A stretch of 18,692 bases of DNA, taken from the NCBI RefSeq assembly GCF_006345805.1, contig NW_021824453.1, positions 1 to 18,692 of the forward strand. Reading direction: 5' to 3'. Numbering within the stretch: the stretch's first letter is position 1; each line of letters opens with the position of its first letter. The notes below the pieces were generated by a model. The model had not been told where the DNA came from. It searched no databases and saw nothing but the letters and a program-made list of their open reading frames with translations. The position numbers and the translations under genes were made by a program. Origin of the DNA: Octopus sinensis. Lineage: Eukaryota. Shown here piece by piece: positions 1 through 8,888 of the stretch.

Positions 1-19
1 TTATTATTATTATTATTAT

Positions 20-285
20 GGAACATCATGGCCATGTATCGAAAGGAATTCTTTGGGATTTGAAAAATTCACTTCTGGAAACATGGGTGTTTTGTACATC
101 ATCCATAAACAAACCTTATTTAGGGGCCTTTTGAGCAGAATAGGCCCCTCTTGGAAGGTCATGCATTGTTTATCTTGAAATAAGATCACCATGTAGCGCA
201 CATGTGGTTGTGATGCATGTGCCTGGTGTACCCTTATCAGACGGGTAGTCATGATGGCTATACTGGGCTTCATGTATTTTACCCC
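20..285 (+). mobile_element. Unclassified interspersed repeat, partial copy 1 (inverted relative to 607-1093)
   Basis: Its reverse complement aligns by eye with ~640-870 (shared AGGCACATGCATCACAACCA, TCAAGATAAACA, GCTCAAAAGG, ACCCATGTTTCCAGA). Confidence 0.8.
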
Positions 286-286
286 G

Positions 287-606
<320 letters not shown>

Positions 607-608
<2 letters not shown>

Positions 609-1093
609 GAATGAGAGAGCAGTGCATGCCATCAAAGTGACACTAGGCACATGCATCACAACCAGATGTGCGCGATATGGTAATCTCATATCAAGATAAA
701 CAGCGCATGACCTTACAGGTGGGGCCCAGTTAGAATTTTCTTCAGGTGAGTAGCCCATCCCGCTCAAAAGGTCCCCGAATAAGGGTTGTTTAAGGATGTT
801 GAACGAAATACCCATGTTTCCAGAGGTGAATTATTCAAACCTTTAAGAATCCCTCTCAACACACGGCTATGATGCTCCCCCACTATTTCTGCTCGTGATC
901 AGAGATGTACATATCGTCAGCCACTAAGGGACATGCTCAACTAGTTAAGGTCAAGCAACTGACAAGCAAAGCTGTGGTATTGAGCAGAATATTTGCTGTA
1001 GCCCATCTCTTATACGAAGACAAAACAATGTACATAATAACACTTCCAATCAGTTAAGATCAGACGCCGTGAGAACCACTGCCTGGTACTGCA
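607..1093 (-). mobile_element. Unclassified interspersed repeat, longer copy 2, probably a retroposon 3' part ending in an (AAT)n tail
   Basis: Homologous to 20-285. On the minus strand it ends CTCTCTCATTCAATAATAAT and runs into the microsatellite. Orientation is inferred from the tail. Confidence 0.7.
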
Positions 1094-1135
1094 TTATTAT
1101 TGCTGTTATTCTGAAAGATTCTCGAATAGTTCATA

Positions 1136-1537
1136 GGCGCAGGAGTGACTGTGTGGTAAGAAGCTTTCTTACCAACCACATGGTTCCGGGTTGAGTCTTG
1201 GGCAAGTGTCTTCTACTATAGCCTCGGGCCGACCAAAGCCGTGTGAATGGATTTCGTAGACAGAAACTGAAAGAAGCTCGTCGTATATAAATATATATAT
1301 GTGTGTATGTGTTTGTGTGTATGTGTTCCCCCCACCCTCAACATCGCTTGACAACCGATACTGGTGTGTTTACGTCCTCGTAACTTAGCGGTTCGGCGAA
1401 AGGGTCCGATAGAATAAATACTAGACTTACAAAGAATAAGTGCTAGGGTCGATTTGCTCGACTAAAGGCGGTGCTCCAGCGTGGCCGCAGTCAAATGACT
1501 GAAACAAGTAAAAGAGTAAAAGAGAGTAAAGAGTAAA
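1136..1537 (+). mobile_element. SINE family A (tRNA-derived, CORE-like segment, internal microsatellite), near full-length
   Basis: Head GGCGCAGGAGTGACTGTGTGGTAAG; TTGGGCAAGTGTCTT resembles the CORE motif; tail GCAGTCAAATGACTGAAACAAGTAAAAGAG; several homologous copies in the window. Confidence 0.9.
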
Positions 1538-1711
1538 TTAGCAGTTATTCTTTACTTGAAAGCAGGCAATAACAAATCACTAAAGGTTTCAAGTAATGCC
1601 TTCTCCTGTGACTCAAAGGGACAATACTCTCTTTAAAATGCGAGATGATATGGTCATGCTGAAATATAAGGGAAGATAAATCGATATAAATCAAATAAAA
1701 TTAACTTTTAG

Positions 1712-1791
1712 CGGCTAATGCTGGTTGTCGCCTTCCTTGTGATGGCTGCTGGGTCGCCGTAACCATTGTTCACGTAAAGACACATATGCAG
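1712..1791 (+). other. Candidate 80-nt exon of an unidentified transcript
   Basis: TTAACTTTTAG acceptor ending at 1711, CAG|GTAAGA donor at 1792; one open frame (ANAGCRLPCDGCWVAVTIVHVKTHMQ); no recognisable homology. Confidence 0.3.
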
Positions 1792-2099
1792 GTAAGAAAC
1801 AGCAAAACAACGAGACGGCGGCGACGACGACGACGGTGGTGAAAGCGACGACGTTAATTTTGTAAGGCTGTTAATTTTGTAAGAACATAAACTTCCAGAG
1901 CTGACATCACGAAAGATAAATTTGATTTAATTCCCTTTTCTGACAACATGACTGAATCATTTATTTTTTAAGGATTGAAACCGGTAGCATATTATGATAA
2001 AAATCTTAATATCTTCTGTCTTTTATCCCTGATAAATTCTTAAAGCATTTTATCTTTTTGTTTTTTCATCTCTTATTCTCTCTCTCTCTCGCCTTTTCT

Positions 2100-2101
<2 letters not shown>

Positions 2102-2150
<49 letters not shown>
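2102..2150. repeat. (TA)n microsatellite
   Basis: Seen directly. Confidence 0.97.
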
Positions 2151-2152
<2 letters not shown>

Positions 2153-2261
2153 AATTAGTAAATAAATGGCACAACTAAGTACCGATATTTACTGCCACAT
2201 TAATACTAACACACTCGACTGAAATATATATACTTTATTTAAAGCAGCAGGAAAATTCAAC

Positions 2262-2307
2262 AAAACTGTTACACTGAGTTTCACGTTCCCGTTCGTCGGA
2301 CAGTTTT
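2262..2307 (-). ncRNA. Minimal type I hammerhead-like motif, variant core (CCGACGA)
   Basis: Minus strand: AAAACTGT CCGACGA ACG-GGAA-CGT GAA ACTCAGTGT A ACAGTTTT. This gives an 8-bp stem I, a 3-bp stem II with a GNRA loop, GAAA and a GUA site. Confidence 0.55.
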
Positions 2308-2345
2308 TGCTAGAATAGAACCGATATATCGATTCTATTCTAGCA

Positions 2346-2389
2346 AAAACTGTCCGACGAACGGGAACGCGAAAAAGTAAACAGGTTTT
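2346..2389 (+). ncRNA. Degenerate hammerhead-like motif (stem III largely deleted)
   Basis: AAAACTGT CCGACGA ACG-GGAA-CGC GAA AAAGTA AACAGGTTTT; homologous to 2262-2307 but lacking CTCAG. Confidence 0.35.
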
Positions 2390-2435
2390 GTTGAATTTTC
2401 TGCTGCTTTAAATAAAGCATATTACTCTACCACTA

Positions 2436-2436
2436 T

Positions 2437-2470
<34 letters not shown>
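2436..2470. repeat. (GATA)n microsatellite
   Basis: Seen directly. Confidence 0.95.
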
Positions 2471-2471
<1 letters not shown>

Positions 2472-2675
2472 CAAACATACATACATTTATATATTCATAT
2501 ACGTTATACACACACACACGCACACACACATATGTATGTGTGTGTGTGTGTGTGTTTATGTTATAGAGAATGAGAGGGCGCTAGTCAGAAAATGAGAAAG
2601 AGAGAGAGAGAGAGAGATGCACAAACTGTCTCGCACATACACACACACTGTCTCGCACATTGATTCACGCTAAAG

Positions 2676-3098
2676 CAGTGCTCCGCAACCGGTATGCCAC
2701 GGCACACTGCTGCGTCACGAAACGATGCTAGGTGTGCCGCGGTGTAACCTCAATATAATTTTTTCCCCTATATTTTTAGTTATATCTTTCGTTCAGATGT
2801 GCCGCCAAATTTTGAAAAGAATATAAAAGTGTGCCGCAAATATATATTTCTTTACTACCCACAAGGGGCTAAACACAGAGGGGACAAACAAGGACAGACA
2901 AAGGGATTAAGTCGATTACATCAACCCCAGTGCGTAACTGGTACTTAATTTATCGACCCCGAAAGGATGAAAGGCAAAGTCGACCTCGGCGGAATTTGAA
3001 CTCGGAACGCAACGACAGACGAAATACGGCTACGAATTTCGCCCGGCGTGCTAACGTTTCTGCCAGCTCGCCGCCTTAAAAAAGGTTGCGGGGCACTG
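2676..3098. mobile_element. Non-autonomous hAT (Charlie-like) MITE interrupted by a SINE
   Basis: 15-bp TIRs CAGTGCTCCGCAACC (2676-2690) and GGTTGCGGGGCACTG (3084-3098), 14/15 match; 8-bp flanks CGCTAAAG and CGGTAGAG (6/8); subterminal GTGTGCCG repeats. Confidence 0.85.
2845..3075 (-). mobile_element. SINE family B (tRNA-derived), near full-length, nested in the hAT MITE
   Basis: Minus strand starts GGCGGCGAGCTGGCAGAAACGTTAGC, has B-box-like GAGTTCAAATTCC, body GCCTTTCATCCTTTCGGGGTCGATAAATTAAGTACCAG and tail GGGTAGTAAAGAAATA; matches 9424-9632 and 17148-17382. Confidence 0.9.
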
Positions 3099-3185
3099 CG
3101 GTAGAGACAGACGTTGACCTGAGCCCTACTGAGGGCTACCAAGGTAGTGAAGGAACACGAGAAGTGAGTTAGACAGGGGGGAATA

Positions 3186-3257
3186 CAGATAGATAGATAG
3201 ATGATAGATAGATAGATAGATAGATAGATAGAGAGATAGGGATAGATAGGGAGAGAT

Positions 3258-3290
<33 letters not shown>

Positions 3291-3329
3291 GGATAGATAG
3301 ATAATATGATAGATAGATAGATAGATAGG

Positions 3330-3371
<42 letters not shown>

Positions 3372-3378
3372 GAGATAA

Positions 3379-3410
<32 letters not shown>

Positions 3411-3411
3411 T

Positions 3412-3442
<31 letters not shown>

Positions 3443-3520
3443 GGATAGATAGGGATAGATAGATAGATAGATAGATAGATAGACAGATAGAGGGAGAGGG
3501 ATAGAGCGAAAGAGAGAGAT
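3186..3520. repeat. Compound (GATA)n/(GGGATA) microsatellite
   Basis: Seen directly. Confidence 0.97.
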
Positions 3521-3913
3521 AGAGTGGGATCACCATGGATGTGCGCATTTCTTGAATCTCTATTAATATTGTTATCTGATTCTATTAACCGACTTATGAG
3601 TGGATATGTTTTTCTTTGTTTTTAATAGAAGAGCGTGAATTTGTGTTTGTTTCTGTGAGGGTATTTTTTTTTGGCATGTATTATATATGTACGTATATAT
3701 ATTTGTATATATATGGATACGTCATACATATAAATATGTGACTAGTATGGTTCTGTATATCCACGTAAACATGTGTGTGTGTTTGTGAGTGTGTGTGTGT
3801 GTGTAGGTGTAGAATATTGCGTGTGCGAGGGCGTGTTTCCTTTAAATTTGTCGTCGAGATAGCACCGTTCCGGACTGTGACTTTTGTGATAAAGAACTTC
3901 CCTATATGCTCCA

Positions 3914-3916
<3 letters not shown>

Positions 3917-3956
<40 letters not shown>

Positions 3957-4069
3957 CCACACACACACACACACATAGACTAGCACACAGAAACACACGC
4001 ACACATACACATACACACCACTCGCATACTAATATAAATATACATATTTGTATATGTACATATATATAT

Positions 4070-4112
<43 letters not shown>
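3917..4112. repeat. (CA)n followed by (TA)n microsatellites
   Basis: Seen directly. Confidence 0.9.
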
Positions 4113-4115
<3 letters not shown>

Positions 4116-4261
4116 GGAGTAAACACATAATGTGAAACAAGGTGGAAAAAAGAGTACTCAAATACCAGTGGTAGAGTAATATGCTTTATTTAAAGCACCA
4201 GAAAATTCAACAAAACCTGTTACTCTGAGTTTCCCGTTGCCGTTCGTCCGACAGTTTTTGC
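4113..4261 (-). mobile_element. Penelope-like pLTR-type repeat, single copy (same family as 2228-2434)
   Basis: Shares GTGGTAGAGTAATATGCTTTATTTAAAGCA...GAAAATTCAACAAAA...ACAGTTTTTGC with the palindrome arms. Confidence 0.7.
4212..4258 (-). ncRNA. Minimal type I hammerhead-like motif, variant core (CGGACGA)
   Basis: Minus strand: AAAACTGT CGGACGA ACG-GCAA-CGG GAA ACTCAGAGT A ACAGGTTTT; stem III ACTC-A-GAGT is self-complementary. Confidence 0.5.
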
Positions 4262-4377
4262 ATATATATATATATATATATATATATGCACTCATATACA
4301 AACTCATACAGATGTATATATATCTAAATCTCTACATACACATACAGACATATATATATAAATACATGCATATATAT

Positions 4378-4583
4378 AGGAGAGAGGCTTTCTCCGTCCG
4401 GGTTGCGGATCCGTGGAATAAGTTGCCAGACGAGATGGTGAAGATGCCGACGACCGCTCGGTTCAAAGTCTCCCTTGACCACAAGTGGCCTGAACTCTTT
4501 ACATGAACACCACCCTGTACATAACTCCATGTCCCCCTACATGGCCTTGCTTTTTGCTTTTTGAGCCCAATTAACTAACTAAC
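4378..4583 (+). mobile_element. CR1/L2-group LINE, 5'-truncated 3' stub (ORF2 C-terminus, 3' UTR, (TAAC)n tail)
   Basis: 4378-4506 encodes RREAFSVRVADPWNKLPDEMVKMPTTARFKVSLDHKWPELFT*, matching the CR1-type ORF2 end pattern FSxRVxxxWNxLP...FKxxLD; UTR hairpin CCATGT/ACATGG at 4527-4544; TAACTAACTAAC tail. Confidence 0.85.
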
Positions 4584-4587
4584 ATAT

Positions 4588-4678
<91 letters not shown>

Positions 4679-4700
4679 GTGTGTGTGTGTGTGTGTGTGT
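4584..4700. repeat. (TA)n(GT)n microsatellite
   Basis: Seen directly. Confidence 0.97.
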
Positions 4701-5242
4701 CTAAAATACGTGCAGACATACATTAGAAGTGGATATATATTTAAAATGCTTAAATAGTTCATTTCATTACGCTCAACAGCTGTTTCTCTGAAGGCCTAAT
4801 TCAAAGTGATGTATTGCAAATATCGTCAGGGGAAAATGAATGATTTCTTGATAAGTATTTTTAATCGCACTTCACTTTTATATCAATCGCATATTTAAAT
4901 GCATAATTGTATAATTAATGATGCGTCATACCTTTGAAACAGGTGTTAAGTACAATGAATTATGCGCTATATGTGAAATTTATGCTTTTCGTTTGTTTAT
5001 TCTTAGTATGTTGGCGAACGTCTAGCTTACTTGAGAATATATGTGTGTCTGTGTGGTAATTGTTTTTACCCCCGAGGAAGGACCAGCTAAATCTAGCAGC
5101 TAAATTACCATCAAATTATACGTTAACGTCGTAAAAAGAAGGCAAAAATGAAACAATTTAATATTTATAGATCTACAAAAAAACAGACGGGATGCTTGTG
5201 CCTGTAACGCCGCGGGTTATAGTCTTGCTTGAGTAGAAGAAC

Positions 5243-5715
5243 ACATACACACATACACATACACACATACACACATACACACACTCTCACATGCCATATA
5301 CATGATCACATACACATGTTTAACTATATATACACACATTCATACATATACATTGACACCCGCATACACATAAACACAAATTCATAAACATATATTAGAA
5401 TTCACACACATGCATACACGTACAAAATATGCAAACATACACACATTCACATACACATTCACATACACACACACTCACACACACGTATACACACACACAC
5501 TCACACTCACACTTACACACACACACACACTGACGCATGCACACTCACACACATACACACGCTCACACATTTACGCATGCACACTCACACACACACATAC
5601 TCACACACTCGCACACACACACAAACTCTCACACACACACCCACACATTCGCACACACACACTCACGCACTCGCACACACACACATACACACACACTCGC
5701 ACACTCACACACACG
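5243..5715. repeat. Degenerate (CA)-rich low-complexity tract
   Basis: Seen directly; explains the HT-repeat ORFs at 5410-5798. Confidence 0.92.
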
Positions 5716-5781
5716 TATCCGCAAATGTTCTTCCTTTATTAATATTCTTTTCCAGCTACTTGAATATGAAAATTGTTAGTT

Positions 5782-5806
5782 TGACCTTTGACCTTTGACC
5801 TTTGAA
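5782..5806. promoter_or_regulatory. Three TGACCT half-sites with 1-nt spacing (overlapping DR1-like elements) plus a TCF/LEF-like CCTTTGAA
   Basis: TGACCT at 5782, 5789 and 5796; CCTTTGAA at 5799-5806. Motif match only. Confidence 0.3.
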
Positions 5807-5924
5807 AGCGCCTGTAGTAATACTCATTGTGTCACTGTGATTCAATGCAGAGAGGATAGAGGGTGGGGTTAGGGCATGGCATGGTTCTGTTTCTGTTCTT
5901 GTTTATTTCCGAGCCCACCGTCGT

Positions 5925-6066
5925 TTAGGATCAAATACGTTCCAACTATGACCAACCTGTTCTAGACACTACATCCACGACTGCTCTCTGAAGCATGGCT
6001 TTCTCTTTTTGAAACATTAGGACGTGAGTTGAGGACAATTTCGTTATTTCTAGCAGGCGACTGACC
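5925..6066 (+). mobile_element. Decayed copy of repeat family D (see 16281-17012)
   Basis: GATCAAATACGTTCCAACTATGACCA and TTATTTCTAGCAGG motifs shared with the 16.3-17.0 kb array. Confidence 0.55.
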
Positions 6067-6105
6067 TTGCTCATTATGGCGTGAGGTGGAGTATTATGGA
6101 GTGGT

Positions 6106-6215
6106 CAGGGCCGGATTGAGATCCATAGAGGCCTTAAGCACTTTAAGGATTTTGCTTCCGCCATATGTGTGTAATTCAAAATTAAGCAATAATATAAAAT
6201 AATTTTTAATCTTTC
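6106..6215. mobile_element. Possible solo terminus of a hAT-like MITE
   Basis: Starts CAGGGCCGGATTGAG, a hAT-like TIR; no partner TIR found. Confidence 0.35.
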
Positions 6216-6218
6216 ACC

Positions 6219-6496
6219 GTGGGCAAGTGTCTTCTGCTATAGCCTCGGGCCGACCAAAGTCTTGTGAGTGGATTTGGTTGATAGAAACTGAAAGAAGCCC
6301 GTCATATATATGCATATATATATATATATATGTGTGTGTATGTGTGTGTTATGTGTTTGTGTGTCTGTGTTTGTCCCCCCCTCCCCAACATCGCTTGACA
6401 ACCGATGCTGGTGTGTTTACGTCCCCATATACTTAGCGGTTCGGCAAAAGAGACCGAATGAGTACTAGGCTTGCAAAGAATAGGCTTACAAAGAAT
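6219..6496 (+). mobile_element. SINE family A, truncated at both ends
   Basis: TGGGCAAGTGTCTT through AGGCTTACAAAGAAT homologous to 1136-1537; short tandem duplication at the 3' break. Confidence 0.88.
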
Positions 6497-6530
6497 CACC
6501 AGCCATAGTGAATCTAGAACGGACATAAAT

Positions 6531-6594
6531 ATGGCCAAATCGTTAAGAAGTTCGCTTTATAATCTTGAGGTATCAGGTTCGATCCCACTGCGTG
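6531..6594 (+). mobile_element. Decayed tRNA-like SINE head fragment
   Basis: B box GGTTCGATCCC at 6576-6586 followed by ACTGCGTG, as in family A heads. Confidence 0.5.
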
Positions 6595-6786
6595 CTATTT
6601 TGGTTTTCTGTTACTACGGCTCTCACCATGGCTCAAGCTTTAGAGATGAAAATAGATTGAGACAAACTGTTTGGATGACCATCGAATGGACACGAAATTG
6701 AAGGGCCAGCCCTATCATTCAAATGTGTTAAACTACCCCCGCTTGAGGACTAAATTAAGGGTAACAATATTTGTGGAATACATTAA

Positions 6787-7709
6787 CCCATTAACTGCCA
6801 AAATTTTTTACTCATATTTCTTGGCTTCGCCAGGTGTCTTAGGAGTTAAAATAATATATAGTATTTAAATGTGGAGGCGCAATGGCCCAGTGGTTAGGGC
6901 AGCGGACTCGCGGTCGTAGGATCGCGGTTTCGATTCCCAGACCGGGCGTTGTGAGTGTTTATTGAGCGAAAACACCTAAAGCTCCACGAGGCTCTGGCAG
7001 GGATGGTGGTGATCCCTGCTGTACTCTTTCACCACAACTTTCTCTCACTCTTTCTTCCTGTTTCTGTTGTACCTGTATTTCAAAGGGCCGGCCTTGTCAC
7101 TCTCTGTGTCACGCTGAATATCCCCGAGAACTACGGTAAGGGTACACGTGTCTGTGGAGTGCTCAGCCACTTACACGTTAATTTTACGAGCAGGCTGTTC
7201 CGTTGATCGGATCAACCGGAACCCTCGTCGTCGTAACCGACGGAGTGCTTCCCTCCCTTAGTATTTAAATTTTCTTCATATGTAAATTATTTTGGAAATT
7301 ACGATAATTTTTTCAAAAAGTTCCAAATGGGGATCACTGAAAAAATAAAAGCGTATTTATCCTTTTCTAATCAATTGCAATAATAACTATTTCAGTTTTT
7401 TTGGAAGCTATAGTATCAAATGTAAATGTGTATAAAATATCGATGAATGATACGTACAGATGGGAAATGCGAAACAAAAAACCGTTTTCAAAACAGTCAA
7501 TATTTTTGTAGTTCAAAAATTGCGATTTATTACATAAAATGTCCTCTAGAATTAACCAGAGCTAATAATGACAAACTTTAACTACTAAATATTGTTAAAC
7601 ACGCCTCTGCAAAATGTGATGTCCATAAGCAATTCACTTTAAATTCAATGAACCGACAGTGAGACTGTTTTTAACAGATCTCCAAATCGGGCTCATGGCA
7701 GGCAATGGA
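6787..7709. mobile_element. piggyBac-like non-autonomous element (TTAA-flanked) carrying a nested SINE
   Basis: TTAA at 6783-6786 and 7710-7713; terminal 14-mers CCCATTAACTGCCA and (rc) TCCATTGCCTGCCA match 11/14; AT-rich non-coding interior. Confidence 0.6.
6871..7258 (+). mobile_element. SINE family C (tRNA-derived), full-length, apparently young
   Basis: A box TGGCCCAGTGG, B box GGTTTCGATTCC; perfect 12-bp TSD TAGTATTTAAAT at 6859-6870 and 7259-7270; hairpins CAGGGAT/ATCCCTG and GTTGATC/GATCAAC. Confidence 0.93.
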
Positions 7710-7713
7710 TTAA

Positions 7714-7918
7714 GAGCGAGCTGGCAGAATCGTTAGCATTATGGACAAAGTGGTTAGCGGCATTTCGTCCGTCTTCATGTTCTGAGTTCAAATGCCACCT
7801 AAGTTGACGTTGCCATTTTTCCTTTCGGAGTCGATAAAATGTGATGCATTGGGGTTGGTGCAATTGATTTACACCTTACCCTGAAATTACTGGCCTTGTC
7901 TCATATTTCGAAACCAAT
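7714..7918 (+). mobile_element. SINE family B-related, diverged, with an alternative 3' tail
   Basis: GCGAGCTGGCAGAATCGTTAGC head, TGAGTTCAAAT and CCTTTCGGAGTCGATAAAAT body; tail CCCTGAAATTACTGGCCTTGT differs from the other B copies. Confidence 0.8.
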
Positions 7919-8129
7919 GTCTGTGGAATACTCGGCTACCGACGACTCGTTCCGTTGTTCGGTTCATCGAATAATTACATCGTCCATCGTCGAAATCGAT
8001 GCAGATCCATTTTGTAGGATTACATTAACAAATGTATCTTCCCTTTTCTTTTCTTTTTTTTTGTACTGATGGTACTTTGGCTGCTATTTTTAGGATGGCA
8101 GTCGACCACATACAGACTCCTTCATTTAT

Positions 8130-8410
8130 TCATCGTTAGTGATGTGCCATGGAGTGGTGGTGGGTGTCGGGTGCGGTGGGAGGTTGACAGAAGAGAAGGG
8201 AACGTGGTAGCGTGGGGCGGGTGGGAGTGAGTGGGAGTGGGCGGGGCTGGGTATGTGGATGGTGTGATGTGGGAGATGGGGGGCGTCGTCAGCGTGCCGC
8301 AAATTAGTGATGGGGAGGAGGAGGAGGTAGAGGGTGGAGTGGTGCGAATGAAATGAGGAAGATGTAAATGTAGGGAGAGGAGGAGGAGGAGAAAGGGGCG
8401 GCGGTGAGTT
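8130..8410 (+). other. G-rich island with a putative G-quadruplex (8214-8251) and GC boxes
   Basis: Seven G3+ tracts within 8214-8251; three GGGCGG boxes; GCG|GTGAGT donor-like site at 8404. Confidence 0.45.
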
Positions 8411-8431
8411 TCGAGCAGAGAAGATTGTGGA

Positions 8432-8432
<1 letters not shown>

Positions 8433-8468
<36 letters not shown>

Positions 8469-8493
8469 TACAGAGAGAGAGAGAGAGAGAGAG
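8433..8493. repeat. (CA)n(GA)n microsatellite
   Basis: Seen directly. Confidence 0.95.
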
Positions 8494-8805
8494 CAAGGGG
8501 GAGAATGGGAGGGTGCGAGAGATGTTCAGAGCAAATCTGTGCGAAGCTCGTTTCTATGAGTCAATATTAAGAAAGTGCCGGAGGAAATTATCAGATTTAA
8601 TCTACTGGACAAGGGTGGCTAAAAAAGGATCTGCTGCAAATGTCCAGTCGTCTCTGGTTTTTTTTTTCCGCCCCTCTTCCGCCGAATACAAGTAAATCAA
8701 ACCTTTTACAGACATTGAACCAAGGAACAGTCTTCACGTGAGGGGCACGAAGTGGTTAAAATAGTCGCCACCTCAAATCATATGCTGTAGTTTTGAAAAA
8801 GGGAC

Positions 8806-8817
8806 GTGTGTGCGTGC

Positions 8818-8884
<67 letters not shown>
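8806..8884. repeat. (GCGT)n/(GT)n microsatellite
   Basis: Seen directly. Confidence 0.97.

Positions 8885-8888
<4 letters not shown>

Larger units (their letters stand above)
2228..2434. mobile_element. Spacerless foldback of two head-to-head copies of a Penelope-like pLTR-type repeat
   Basis: Inverted arms centred at 2326/2327 (CGATATATCG); the same unit occurs singly at 4113-4261; each arm carries a hammerhead-like motif. The Penelope label is inferred from that motif. Confidence 0.7.

Noticed and set aside
1040-1093. Loose resemblance to U2 snRNA (ATCAGTTAAGATCAGA; CCTGGTACTGCA)
   Set aside because: Two short patches with wrong spacing, no branch-point recognition or Sm site; too weak without an Rfam search.
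3800-3916. Unique ~115-bp island open in several frames between microsatellites
   Set aside because: No acceptor/donor pair and no recognisable peptide.
5866-5874. GGGTTAGGG telomere-like motif
   Set aside because: Single unit, not an array.
6876-6950. tRNA-like sequence with A and B boxes
   Set aside because: The anticodon and acceptor stems do not pair properly, and it continues into a SINE body bounded by a 12-bp TSD. It is a SINE head, not a tRNA gene.
7919-8035. CpG-rich stretch with a ~50-aa ORF
   Set aside because: Short, no homology recognised, no splice context.
8513-8695. 60-aa ORF after the (GA)n tract
   Set aside because: Starts at GTG in a repeat flank; no recognisable domain.
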